A stretch of DNA of 64,000 nt from Vulcanimicrobiota bacterium (lineage in GTDB: Bacteria; Vulcanimicrobiota; Vulcanimicrobiia; Eremiobacterales; Eremiobacteraceae): contig CAWETU010000001.1 in NCBI GenBank assembly GCA_963812135.1, positions 1,280,001-1,344,000 of the forward strand, given 5' to 3'. Of this stretch, positions 29,544 to 39,846 are shown piece after piece. The notes under the pieces were generated by a model. It did not search any database. It was not told where the DNA came from and saw nothing but the letters and a program-made list of their open reading frames with translations. The position numbers and the translations under genes are program-made. How positions within the stretch are numbered: the first letter of the stretch is position 1; the number at the start of each line of letters is the position of its first letter.

Positions 29544-30910
29544 GCGCGAAACGCCGGCACCCTCTGACGCCAGCTGTCATTCGCGTGATGGTGGGGATCA
29601 AGGGCGGCTGCAATCGCCCTAAGCGCGTATGGAGCGAACGGGCACAAAGTCGATGGCGCATGTACCTAGGGGGACGCCGCTCAAGCGGATGGCGCGGGTG
29701 AAGCTTTATCCCACTCCCTCCCAGGCAGCCGCCTTGGGAAAGGCGCTTGACATCTGTCGCCAGCTCTATAATACCGCGCTCGAGCAGCGGCGCGACGCGT
29801 GGCGCACCCGTCGGCTCTCGGTCACGTTTCGTCAGCAGTATGCGCAGCTGACTGAGTTGCGTCAAAGTGACCCGCGCATCGCTTCGATCTATCGCGAACT
29901 GCTTGATGCTGCCCTGTGGAAGCTCGATCTCGCATTCGCGGCATTTTTTCGAAGAATGCGCAAGGGGGAGAAGCCCGGATTCCCACGCTTTCGCGGTCGC
30001 GTAAGGTACAACTGCCTGGAATTCCCCCACGGCAACCGAGCTCTTACGCTCAGCCCAGCGCGGCGAAAAGTGCGCGTGCCAGGAGTGGGTCTTGTACGCA
30101 TGCGTAAGGGTCGCGATATCGGCGTCTTCGGGCGCGCCATGATAGTGCGGAACGCGCGAGGATGGTACGCGCTCTTCGAATGCCAGCGCGAGACTAAGCC
30201 CAAATCGCCAACGGGCCGGCGAGTGGGGCTGGACCGCGGCATCAACACGTTTCCAGCCCACCAGAGACGGGGATCGGTTGACGCACCCGCCTTTGCAATC
30301 GGAACCAGGCTCACGTGGCGCGCTTAGCGCGGGTCGTAGCTCGGCACCAGAGAGGTGCCAACCGGCACGGCCGTGACCATGCTGGCTCGAGCACATGACC
30401 GCCTGCGCTGGACCAGACGAGACTTCTTACACAAGTTTTCGCGACCCTCATCACAGCGACGATTTTGTCGCGATCAAGCGCTCAAGGTGCGCAACGTGAT
30501 CGCTCGACCAAAGGGAGTATGAGCAGCCGGTCAGCAACGTACGCGCTAAGGCGCGCTTGAACTTCGCGATTGCCGACGCAGGTTGGACTCTGTTTGCCTC
30601 GATGCTGCATGCCAAAGCGGAAGAAGCTGGGCGTACGTTTTCGAGGTCGACCGCGCCTTACAAGCCAGACTTGTTCAAGTTGCGGCTGGGTCGACGGTGC
30701 ATCAGTATCTCTAAAGCGGTGTTCGTCTGTACCGATTGTGGCTCGCAGATAGACGCCGATGTCAACGCCGCCAAGATGATACTCAAGAAGACCGAGTTAG
30801 CGGCCTGTGGGGAGGGGCGCCGGGTTGCCGGACCTCAAAGATCCACGAAGTTCACTAGCGCCGGGGCGGACCCGGTTCACGCGCATCGGCTGCGTGAGAG
30901 TGCATGCAAC
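29544..30910 (+). mobile_element. tnpB: TnpB-only IS200/IS605 element, copy 1 (tnpB frameshifted)
   Basis: Homologous to 37407-38783; ATG at 29689; multiple indels after about 30250. Confidence 0.88.
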
Positions 30911-31297
30911 GAACGAAGTCGTACCAGTTTAAGAGGTGAGCCCACAACGGCGCGTCCTTGCGGTCGTACGATCCTTCTCGAGACATCCGAAACGCCGCGA
31001 AGGTTTCTTTCGCAACGACTTTGTCGGTCGCGCAAAACGGCGAAGAACGGATATCGCATCGACAGGATGATGAGCAGACGATCGGGAACAACGCGATCAC
31101 ATCTGCACATCGCCGTTCGGATGCACATGCAAGCGGTAACTCGACCTCGCGAGAGCGGAAGGTACGATTTACCCTGCGTCCCTCCGCAAGCTGGATGATG
31201 TTACCTACGATTAGGTCATCGTACAGGAAGCGAGTGCCGCTATTCGCAAAGCCGGAAATGTGACAAATCAGAACAGCTCCGAATGAGAGTGGTTGAA

Positions 31298-31744
31298 ATG
31301 CGCTATCTCGTGGTTCTCTTCATTTGCATGTGCGCGCTTGTCTTGGCCACATCGAGCGACGCCTACGCGAAGGGCACCGTAACGGTGCAGCAAAGCGACG
31401 GCTCGACCCAGCAATATGCCGGCGTCACGATCCATGTCGTCAACAAGACGCTGCGGATCACGACGGCTGATGGGTTAGGCACACTCGTGATCGACAGGGC
31501 CGCGTGCTCGTACGTCGGCAATCTCATGATGTGTCTGCCCTACGACATGACGCTCAATCAAGGCGGCGGATCGCACCCGCTCGATTTCCAGCGGGGAACA
31601 GTGTACCTCAATCTCACCGACGCAAAGCAGCAATTGCCGCTTTCGTCCACGCAGTTGCCGCCGCAAGGCATCCTGCTCTCATTGACCACGAAGATCGGAA
31701 CGATCGTCAATCTGAGCGGAACGATCGATCAGGTGCAGAAATGA
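31298..31744 (+). CDS. Secreted hypothetical protein
   Basis: Signal peptide, beta-rich, two Cys. Confidence 0.65.
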   Translation: MRYLVVLFICMCALVLATSSDAYAKGTVTVQQSDGSTQQYAGVTIHVVNKTLRITTADGLGTLVIDRAACSYVGNLMMCLPYDMTLNQGGGSHPLDFQRGTVYLNLTDAKQQLPLSSTQLPPQGILLSLTTKIGTIVNLSGTIDQVQK

Positions 31745-32577
31745 GAACGTTGGCTTGCGCAATCGCAGTTCTCTTGCTCGCGGCTCAGCCCCTTAGCAGC
31801 GCTGGAGCGGCCCACCGGCGGTGGCGGCGGTTCTCCGAGCGTCTCGCGCCCAGCTCGGCGCCGGCACGGCCCGCGCCAAGCGGCGGATCTCGCCCTCCGG
31901 CGGCGCGCCGCAAGGCGGGGGCTTCAATATCAGTCGTGACATGAGCGCTTCGCAAAAGCCTGCAACCGTCCGGCCAACAACCCGGTCGCGAACCGGCCGA
32001 ACACAGGCACGGAAAACAATGGAACCGACCGAACGGCGGCAATGGTAACAAACAACGGAGCCAACCGGCCGAACACAGGCACGGGAACAACAACACCGTC
32101 AACCGACCGAACAACGGCAACAACAACACCGTCAACCGACCGAACAACGGCAACAACAACATCAATAATATCAACAATAACAACATCAACGTGAACCGCA
32201 ACGTCGTCGTCAATCCCGTCTATCACGGCGGTGCGGCTTGGGGTTGGAACCGCGGCGTCATCTGGGTTCCCGCGCCGGCGTATTATGGCGGCGGGTTCTG
32301 GGGTCCATTCGCGATCGGCGTCACGAGCGCAGTCATATGGGGCTCAATCGTGAATTCCCAAACGCATCAGACGGTCACATCCTATCAGGTGCAACCGAGC
32401 AGTCCCGGCGCAACGCTCTTGTCCAACTATCAACTGACGCAGACGCAGTGCGGCCCGCCGAATCTTGTCGTCATCTACGGCCCGAACAACAGCGCCATCT
32501 GCGCCAATCCGAACAGCTTGGTGTCAGCCGGCGAATACACCGTCGATTCGTCGAACCTCTCGATCGTCTCGCTGTAG
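31741..32577 (+). pseudogene. Secreted Gly/Asn-rich protein, several frameshifts
   Basis: ATGA overlap start, NRPNNGNNNTV repeats, intact C-terminal ORF 32191-32577. Confidence 0.6.
32085..32190 (+). repeat. 33-bp coding tandem repeat and Asn-rich tract
   Basis: aacaacaacaccgtcaaccgaccgaacaacggc x2. Confidence 0.8.
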
Positions 32578-32641
32578 GGGATTCTCGTCCGCGAGCCCGC
32601 CTGTCTAGGGCTGCCTTTCGTTTCGCAGTGAGGATATCATT

Positions 32642-33109
32642 ATGAGCCGACGATTTCCAACAGACAATTTCGGTGTGCGTGCAAGCGTTCTGGTTCTCTT
32701 GATCGCGTGGTCGGCGGTCGCTTTTGGCTGCGCGAAGAATCCAAAGCAGTCAAGTGAAAGCCCGAGCGCCGCGCCGGCGGCGACAGTTGCAGCGGCGCCG
32801 GCAACGGATAATCTCATGGCAAAGCTGCCAGTGTATCCCGGAGCGGCGCTTGCCATGTCGAATACGGGGACAATATCCGGCAAGCATGTGGTGCTGCAGG
32901 TGTACACCACTCGGGATTCGTTCGACAAGGTGTACACGTGGTACCAAGGCGCACTGCCCGCACATTCCGAGACGTCGCACAACACGTCCCAGAGTCAGGA
33001 ATCTGCGGTGTTCACATTATCGGGCGGCACGAAACAGCAGAGCGTATCGATCTTGAAGACCGGCGGGGTTGAGGTCGTCAATATCTCACTCTCAACGACT
33101 GGGGAATAG
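32642..33109 (+). CDS. Lipoprotein, hypothetical
   Basis: AFGC lipobox, LPVYPGA, DSFDKVYTWY. Confidence 0.65.
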   Translation: MSRRFPTDNFGVRASVLVLLIAWSAVAFGCAKNPKQSSESPSAAPAATVAAAPATDNLMAKLPVYPGAALAMSNTGTISGKHVVLQVYTTRDSFDKVYTWYQGALPAHSETSHNTSQSQESAVFTLSGGTKQQSVSILKTGGVEVVNISLSTTGE

Positions 33110-33631
33110 CGCGGAGGCGGGAGCGATGTCCGCCACTTTTCCGCGAGCCACGCGATGCACGTGCTCGCGGATCTGGTCTTCGCTCAGCCCGCCCGCCGCG
33201 AATGTCGCGCTCCCATCCTCGACTAGCGTCACGCGGTAGCCGCGGCGTTCAGCCTCGCGAATCGTCGCGTCAACGCAGAACTCCGTCTGCATACCGCACA
33301 CGATGAGCTGCTCCACGCCGAAACGCTCAAGAACATCCTCCAGGTCGGTCTCGCGAAAGGAGTCCCGAAAGCGCTTTTCAACGATGGGATCGCCCTCGCC
33401 GGGCGCTATCTCGGACGCGATGTGCCACGCCGCAGAACCCGGAACAAACTCTTCGTCCTGGTGGCGGATATAGATCACCGGCACGCCGGCAGCGCGGGCG
33501 CGGCTTCGCAAGTTAGCGAGCGTGGAGAGGAAACGCTCGCGCCGCGAGGGTTCGAGCCCATCGACCAGCAGGCGCTGTACATCGACGATGACAAGCGCAG
33601 ACGTCGCGCCGGAGTCCCCGCTCGTCGTCAT
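33092..33631 (-). CDS. Isochorismatase-family cysteine hydrolase
   Basis: ALVIVDVQ, EKRFRDSF, GMQTEFCVDAT. Confidence 0.9.
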   Translation of the reverse strand: MTTSGDSGATSALVIVDVQRLLVDGLEPSRRERFLSTLANLRSRARAAGVPVIYIRHQDEEFVPGSAAWHIASEIAPGEGDPIVEKRFRDSFRETDLEDVLERFGVEQLIVCGMQTEFCVDATIREAERRGYRVTLVEDGSATFAAGGLSEDQIREHVHRVARGKVADIAPASALFPSR

Positions 33632-34305
33632 TGCGGATTTCCCGAGCAGATGAACTGATTGTCCGCACCACTATCGTTGATATGGTATTTCCAACCGGCC
33701 CACGTCATGCCGAGCCCGCCGTCGCAGCCTTTCAACCAGGCCGTCAAGCCGCTTACATCCGCGGCCTCCGTGTTGCCGAGGACGTTGACGTTGTCGCGTA
33801 CCATCGTGAGTGTGCTGTACAGATAGTTCTCGTCGAAGGTCAACTCGTTCTTCATATCGCTCACTTCTTGGGCGAGCTGCGCCTCTTGCGCAGCCATTTG
33901 TGCCTCCTGCGCAGCGAGCTGGGCGACCGTCGGTGGCGGCGTCGGCAGCGGATAAATATGCGGCCAGTTCGTTGACAGCTTGAGGAACGAAGCGTGATGG
34001 GACTGAAGCGACGCCAGGCCAGGCCCGATGTCCTCGATCTTTGCGGTATGTTTTTTTGGGATAACCATCATGTGCTTGCTCGGGGGAGCCGCGGGCACAT
34101 GGACCTGGGCGTGCATCCCGGATGTGCTCCGTTCGAGCGCACTCACGCGGGTCTGCAGCTGCTTGATGAGCTTGCCTTGCGCGGCGACCGTCTGTTGAAG
34201 CGATGAGACCGATGGACCACTCGCGTTGGCTCCGGTGATGGCCGCGGCGGCGATCCAAATCGACGCGAATGCAATCGCGGCGACGAGCCAGGTTCGAACG
34301 TTCAT
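33628..34305 (-). CDS. Secreted coiled-coil hypothetical protein
   Basis: Signal peptide, heptad segments, GGGAGG RBS. Confidence 0.6.
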   Translation of the reverse strand: MNVRTWLVAAIAFASIWIAAAAITGANASGPSVSSLQQTVAAQGKLIKQLQTRVSALERSTSGMHAQVHVPAAPPSKHMMVIPKKHTAKIEDIGPGLASLQSHHASFLKLSTNWPHIYPLPTPPPTVAQLAAQEAQMAAQEAQLAQEVSDMKNELTFDENYLYSTLTMVRDNVNVLGNTEAADVSGLTAWLKGCDGGLGMTWAGWKYHINDSGADNQFICSGNPQ

Positions 34306-34329
34306 GTCCCTGCCCTCCCAAGGCGACCG

Positions 34330-35160
34330 TTAGCTGGAACCTTGGGTTGGCCCTTGACGGACGGAGTCGTCCGGTGTCGCGGAGAGGATCACCGTCATCT
34401 TGGTGCCTTGATTTGGGCTCGATTCCACACGCACGCCGCCCGCCAGTGTGCCGATGAGAAACAATCCGCGGCCCTTTTCGACAAGATCGCTGTTGGGAAG
34501 CGTCGGAGAGAACCGTCCAAGACCAGGCCCGGTGTTGACGATCGTGACGGTTGGCTGATCTCCCGAGCGATCGATTTCGACTTTCACCAGACCCGGCGCA
34601 TGCTCGACCGTGTTGGCGAGGATCTCTCCGATGATGAGCTCGATCCGGAACAGCTCGTCTTCGGTGCCGATGAAGCCTCGGATGAATCGCATAAGCTCGT
34701 GACGCAGCGCGCGGGCGGCGTACGCATCGCTCGAATGAAATGCCCAGGTCTTGCGAAGTTCGCCGTCAACGCTGACCGGCGCGGTCGAGGTCGTCGAGGC
34801 AAGCTGAAGGACCATGATCACCGCGTCGTCGGCGGGCCGTTCGGTGCCCATCACGGCGCGTTGCACGACAGCCGCCGGCTGAGGGTTGGCCACGTCGCCG
34901 ACCAGTGTTGCGACGACGTCGCGCAGCGCCTGCTTGGCAGACGCGATGTCGCGCTTGAATTCAGTCACGCCATCAGTATAGAAGAGGATGACTGCGTCGC
35001 GCTCCAACGCGATGCTCTACCGGTTCCCCATATCGCGATCATCGATATGTTCGCGATCGCCAGCGTCGTCGCACGCTGGTGAAAGCGCAGCGCGATCGGC
35101 ATATCAATGCCGAGCGTACGGGCCTTGGGTACGGCAGAAACCGCCTGGCTCATGGGCGCG
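34330..35160 (-). pseudogene. SpoIIE/PP2C phosphatase C-terminus + anti-sigma-type HATPase, 5'-truncated
   Basis: LFYTDGVTE, ADDAV, EILANTVEHA, GRGLFLI; disrupted upstream. Confidence 0.7.
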
Positions 35161-35274
35161 AGACCGTTTCGCCGAGCCGTAGTAGGTAGCATTTGTTGCC
35201 CTATCCCTCCCGGCATGAATCAATCCCGTGCAAACGAAACCACTCGGACTGCGTCATTGGAGGCGCATAAGGCG

Positions 35275-36219
35275 ATGGCTAAGACGATCACCAGTCCAGC
35301 AAAGCCGAAGAAGAACGGCGAGGCAAAACTGAAGAAGAACGGCGCTGCCGCCTACGCGGATGGCCGACCACAGGATCAGGTGCAATTCTTCGACGCAAAG
35401 CTGATCTTGAAGCCCGACTTTTTCGCAAGCGTGAGGGGTTTCAAGGCTTTTAGCGATCTTGTCGCCGAGGCCGCGAGCAAAGTTCCCAAGGTCACATATA
35501 CGGCTTTCGACCTCACGAAGATGCGGCCCAAGATCCGAGAGGTCATGTTCGTCGACACGGCCGACTTCCGGATGTACAACAACTCATTCATCCTGCGCCG
35601 GCGCACGATGTACCAGGACGGTTTCCCCATCAGCGATCCCGAGATCGTCGTCAAATATCGAAGCGATGATCTTGCGAAAGCCGCGGCGATCGATATCCGG
35701 CCGAATGTCTCCGGTCCATATCGCATCAAGCTCAAGGCCGAAGCGCTGCCTCTGAAAGACTCCGTGGGCGGTTATCGCATGCTGTATGCGCACAACTGCA
35801 TCATCCCGTCAAGCTCCATCCATGCGGGCGATCGCACGAACCTCCAGACCATCGCGCGCCTCATGCCCGCGCTGCGCGGCCTGATCGGCGACGCGGAGGG
35901 AAGCGTCGAACTCGTCAATTCGACGCTCGTCGAAGAAGTGCTGATGGATATCGGTACGCTCGATTTCGGCAAAGGATTCACCGCGAAGGCGAACATCTCG
36001 CTGTGGCGATCGCTGGGCGACCATCACGTCATGTGCGGCGAATTCGCGTACCAGACCAAGTTCGCGGACAAAGCCGCCGTGAATCAGAAGATCAGACAGC
36101 GCGTCGAAGAGCTCTTCATGAAGCTGCAGCTGCTCGCGACCGGCTGGTTGTTCCTCGGCACGACGAAGACCGGTCTGGTCTATCAGCTCAAAGGTAACCC
36201 GCCGCAAGCACATGAGTGA
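35275..36219 (+). CDS. Hypothetical protein (possibly CYTH-like), coupled to chromate transporters
   Basis: REVMFVDTADFRMYNNSFILRRR; overlaps the chrA start. Confidence 0.65.
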   Translation: MAKTITSPAKPKKNGEAKLKKNGAAAYADGRPQDQVQFFDAKLILKPDFFASVRGFKAFSDLVAEAASKVPKVTYTAFDLTKMRPKIREVMFVDTADFRMYNNSFILRRRTMYQDGFPISDPEIVVKYRSDDLAKAAAIDIRPNVSGPYRIKLKAEALPLKDSVGGYRMLYAHNCIIPSSSIHAGDRTNLQTIARLMPALRGLIGDAEGSVELVNSTLVEEVLMDIGTLDFGKGFTAKANISLWRSLGDHHVMCGEFAYQTKFADKAAVNQKIRQRVEELFMKLQLLATGWLFLGTTKTGLVYQLKGNPPQAHE

Positions 36220-36823
36220 TGTCGCAACGCCGGCTGCTCCCGCTTCGGCGGAGACGCCGGCGGCGAAGGTGTCCGTCGGCGAGATATTCCTCGCATTTCT
36301 GACGATCGGCGCCACGAGCTTCGGCGGAGGCGCGGTTGCGTATCTCAGGGCCAGCCTCGTCACCAAGAACCAATGGCTCGATGACAAGAGCTTCGTCGAG
36401 CTGTTCTCGATCAGCCAATCGCTGCCGGGCCTGAACACGACGAACATGGCGATCCTCGCCGGCGACCGGCTATGCGGTTGGATGGGCGCGGTCGCGGCCG
36501 TCGTCGGCGTGATCCTCCCCGGTGCGATTCTCATGACGTTGGCAGGTGTCGTGTACGGAATGGGCGGCAATCGACCGCTCGTCACCGCAGGATTGAAGGG
36601 CGTCGCCGCGGCGGCGACGGGCCTGCTGCTTGCGACGTTTCTCCAGCTGGCGCGCAAGACGCTGCGCGGCTGGCTCGACGTGGTCTTCATCATCATCGCC
36701 GTCGTCGCGGTGAACTGGTTCCACATCTCGGTGCTTTACGCGCTCCTCGGCATCGCAGCGTTGGCGACCCTCGCCTACCGGCCGCGCTCCTCCGATACGA
36801 AACCGGAGCAAACGGCCTCATGA
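36212..36823 (+). CDS. chrA: Short-chain chromate transporter subunit 1
   Basis: IGATSFGGG, SQSLPGLN. Confidence 0.88.
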   Translation: MSDVATPAAPASAETPAAKVSVGEIFLAFLTIGATSFGGGAVAYLRASLVTKNQWLDDKSFVELFSISQSLPGLNTTNMAILAGDRLCGWMGAVAAVVGVILPGAILMTLAGVVYGMGGNRPLVTAGLKGVAAAATGLLLATFLQLARKTLRGWLDVVFIIIAVVAVNWFHISVLYALLGIAALATLAYRPRSSDTKPEQTAS

Positions 36824-37376
36824 ACCAAATATCCCAGCTCGTCGCCGTGTTCGCCTATCTTTCGCTGCTCACCGTCGGCGGCGGCATGGCGGCGTATCCG
36901 GAGATGGAGAACCTTACCGTCAACGTGCACCACTGGGTGACGCAAGACCAGCTGGTGCATTTCTATTCGCTCGGGCAGATGGCGCCCGGACCGAACTTGA
37001 ACATGGTCGCGGCCATCGGAGAACACGTAGCGGGAATCGCGGGAGCGATCGCCGTCCTGCTCGCGTTTTACGCCCGACCGGACTCTTCGCGCTCATCATC
37101 GGCCGGGTGTGGACACGGCTTGCGAATTGGCCGTGGCGCACCTCGATCCAGAACGGGCTATCGCCGACCGCTCTCGGTCTCATGCTCGCGGGTTTGCTAT
37201 CCTTCGGAACGACGGCCCTACGCCTGGGTCACCCTCGCGTCGCGTTCTTGGTCGGACTTGATTGGATCGCGGTCGCGATGGCCGTCTTTGTGCTCGTCAT
37301 GATGCTGCGCACCAAAGTCAATCCGGCGCTATTGGTGCTTGGCTGCGGCATCGTGGGCGCGTTCACGTTCCGCTGA
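36820..37376 (+). pseudogene. chrA: Short-chain chromate transporter subunit 2, 1-bp frameshift near 37070
   Basis: LLTVGGG, GQMAPGPN, continues in ORF 37107-37376. Confidence 0.8.
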
Positions 37377-37406
37377 GCGCAACCTTCAAAAGAATGAGTC
37401 AGACGA

Positions 37407-38783
37407 GCGCGAACCGCCCGCGCCCTTGACGCCCGTTATCTTTCGCGGGATAGTGCGGACCAAGGGCGGCTGTAGTCGCCCTAAGTGCGTATGCAGCGAA
37501 CGGGCACACAGTCGGAGCATGCACCTGCGGGGACGCCCTCAAGCGGATGGCGCGGGTAAAGCTTTACCCTAACCCCTCCCAGGCGGCCGCGCTGGGAAAG
37601 GCGCTCGACATCTGCCGCCAGCTCTATAATATCGCGCTCGAGCAGCGGCGCGACGCATGGCGTACCCGCCGGCTGCAGGTAACGCACCGTCAGCAGTATG
37701 CGCAGCTGACCGAGTTGCGTCAAAACGATCCGCGCATCGCTTCGATCTACCGCGAACTGCTTGATGCCGCGCTCCACAAGCTCGATCTCGCCTTCGCGGC
37801 ATTTTTTCGAAGAATGCGCAAGGGGGAGAAGCCCGGGTTTCCGCGTTTTTGCGCTCGTGCTCGGTACAACTGCCTCGAGTTCCCGCACGGCAACCGAGCC
37901 CTCACGCTCAGCAGGACGCAGCGCGAAGTGCGAGTGCCAGGCGTGGGTTCGGTACGGCTGCGCAAGGGGAGAGATATCGGCGCCTTCGGGCGCGCCATGA
38001 TAGTGCGTAACGCGCGCGGGTGGTATGCACTCTTCGAATGCCACCGAGAGGTCGAACCGAAATCGCCAACGGGCCGGCGAGTGGGTCTGGACCGAGGTAT
38101 TATCACGTTTGCGGCCACCAGCAATGGGGATCGGTTGACGCACCCACGCCTGGGAAATCGTAAACAAGCTCAAGTGGCCCGCTTAGCAAGGATCGTGGCG
38201 CGGCGCCGACGAGGCGGAGCAAACCGTCGCAAGGCCGTGAAGATGCTGGCAAGGGCACACGACCGATTGCGCTGGGCCAGACGAGACTTCATACACAAGC
38301 TTACGCGATCCATCGTCAACAGCCACGATTTTATCGCGATCGAAGCGCTCAACGTACGCAATATGATGCGCTCGGCCAAAGGGAGCACCCAGCAGCCGGG
38401 CAGTAACGTACGTGCGAAGGCGCGCTTGAACTTTGCGATTGCTGACGCAAGCTGGACTCTGTTTGCCTCGATGCTGCACGCCAAAGCGGAAGAAGCTGGA
38501 CGTACGGTTGTCGAGGTCGATCCTCGTTACACGAGTCAGACCTGTTCAGGGTGCAACTGGGTCGACGCCGCATCGCGTAGCTCTCAAGCGGCGTTCATCT
38601 GTACCCATTGTGGTGTGCAGCTGGACGCAGACGTCAACGCCGCCAAAGTAATACTCAAGAGGGCCGAGTTAGCGGCCTGTGGGGAGGGGCGCCGGGTTAC
38701 CGGACCTCAAAGATCCACGAAGTGCACTAGCGCCGGGGCGGACCCGGTTCGCGCGGCTTCAGCCGCGTGAGGGGGCATGCAAC
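37407..38783 (+). mobile_element. TnpB-only IS200/IS605 element, copy 2
   Basis: Related end hairpins 37463-37482 and 38749-38770; no tnpA. Confidence 0.88.
37547..38770 (+). CDS. tnpB: RNA-guided endonuclease TnpB
   Basis: RuvC D (GLDRG), E (IEAL), D (DADVNAA); zinc finger CSGC/CTHC. Confidence 0.93.
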   Translation: MARVKLYPNPSQAAALGKALDICRQLYNIALEQRRDAWRTRRLQVTHRQQYAQLTELRQNDPRIASIYRELLDAALHKLDLAFAAFFRRMRKGEKPGFPRFCARARYNCLEFPHGNRALTLSRTQREVRVPGVGSVRLRKGRDIGAFGRAMIVRNARGWYALFECHREVEPKSPTGRRVGLDRGIITFAATSNGDRLTHPRLGNRKQAQVARLARIVARRRRGGANRRKAVKMLARAHDRLRWARRDFIHKLTRSIVNSHDFIAIEALNVRNMMRSAKGSTQQPGSNVRAKARLNFAIADASWTLFASMLHAKAEEAGRTVVEVDPRYTSQTCSGCNWVDAASRSSQAAFICTHCGVQLDADVNAAKVILKRAELAACGEGRRVTGPQRSTKCTSAGADPVRAASAA

Positions 38784-38803
38784 GAATAGGTCAAGCACGA
38801 CGT
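38640..38803 (+). ncRNA. Putative TnpB omega/reRNA with 3' guide (boundaries approximate)
   Basis: 3' region is strongly conserved between the two copies, ending GCATGCAAC; position matches known TnpB reRNAs. Confidence 0.6.
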
Positions 38804-38811
38804 ACGGTCTC

Positions 38812-39846
38812 TTAGGCCAAGATAAGGTGCGAGTCTCCGAACTCGTGCCAGAGGTAGCCGGCCTTTAGCGCGGTCGCATACGCATGCGCGACGGAGTCCG
38901 GCCCAGCGATCGCCTCTAGCATCGCCAGATGCGACGACGTGGGCTCGTGAAAACCCGTCACAACACCGTCCACGGCGGAGACTCCCAACTGCGGTGTGAT
39001 CACAAGGTCGCTCCAGCCGCGCGATGCGATAATTCGGCCGTGCTCGTCGAGCGACGACTCCAGCGCGCGGACGACCGTCGTCCCGACCGCGATGACCCGT
39101 CCGCGATTTCGCCGCGCGCGCTGGATCGCGTGCACCGTCTCGGTGGGGACGCTATACCATTCCTCATACGGCGGTTCGTCGCGCTCGGGGCTCGAGACGC
39201 CCGCGTGCAGCGTGACGAACGCGATGTCGACGTCGCGTTCGCGCAGCCGCCCGAGCACCGCATGCGTGAACGGCCGCCCAGCTGACGGCATCTCCGCGGA
39301 GCCGGGCTCGGACGCATAGACGTTCTGATAAGTCTCCAGCGGCCAGTCGCCTGCTGCGTGGCGATATCTGATGGGCTCACCGAAGCGCGAGATGTATGAG
39401 AGGAAGGGTGCGGGCAGATAGAGGCGCGCCACCCAAAGGCGCTGCGAATCGCGATACGGCGTGAGTATCTCAGCCATGCCGCCGCCGGCGAGACGCAAGC
39501 GCTCGCGCGGCTCGACCTGTGCGTCGCGCACTTCGACCACCGTCAGGTCAGCGGGCAGCCGGGTCGAGAGATGGAGTTGGACGTTGCTCTCATCGGCGCG
39601 CCGAGCGGTAAGAGCCGCGGGAATCGTGGCCGACTGGTTGAGGACGATCAGATCGCCGGCGTCGAGCAGATCCGGCAGTTGCCGAAAGCTGGCGTGCACG
39701 TCGCGGCTGCCCGCTTTCGTCACGAGCAGCCGCACGTCGTCGCGGCCGTTGCCGCGCTCCTCGGCGGGTTGCCTTGCTTCAAGCGCGGGAGGAATGACGA
39801 ACGCTGGGCGCCGGACTTCCGGTGCGAGCACGTCAGCGGACAGCAT
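38812..39846 (-). CDS. QueA-like protein
   Basis: GRDDVRLLV, GSAEMPSAGRPF, TLHAGVSS, AVGTTVVRALES, TGFHEP, WHEFGDSHLI. Confidence 0.85.
   Translation of the reverse strand: MLSADVLAPEVRRPAFVIPPALEARQPAEERGNGRDDVRLLVTKAGSRDVHASFRQLPDLLDAGDLIVLNQSATIPAALTARRADESNVQLHLSTRLPADLTVVEVRDAQVEPRERLRLAGGGMAEILTPYRDSQRLWVARLYLPAPFLSYISRFGEPIRYRHAAGDWPLETYQNVYASEPGSAEMPSAGRPFTHAVLGRLRERDVDIAFVTLHAGVSSPERDEPPYEEWYSVPTETVHAIQRARRNRGRVIAVGTTVVRALESSLDEHGRIIASRGWSDLVITPQLGVSAVDGVVTGFHEPTSSHLAMLEAIAGPDSVAHAYATALKAGYLWHEFGDSHLILA

Noticed and set aside
30911..31260. Small ORFs downstream of TnpB copy 1
   Set aside because: No recognisable motif, RBS or consistent frame.
37547..38770. Nuclease-dead TnpB regulator (TldR)
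   Set aside because: All three RuvC acidic residues are present.
38770..38790. Cas12f system (3' ATGCAAC resembles some type V-F repeat ends)
   Set aside because: Single occurrence per element, no repeat-spacer array, and IS605-type end hairpins are present.
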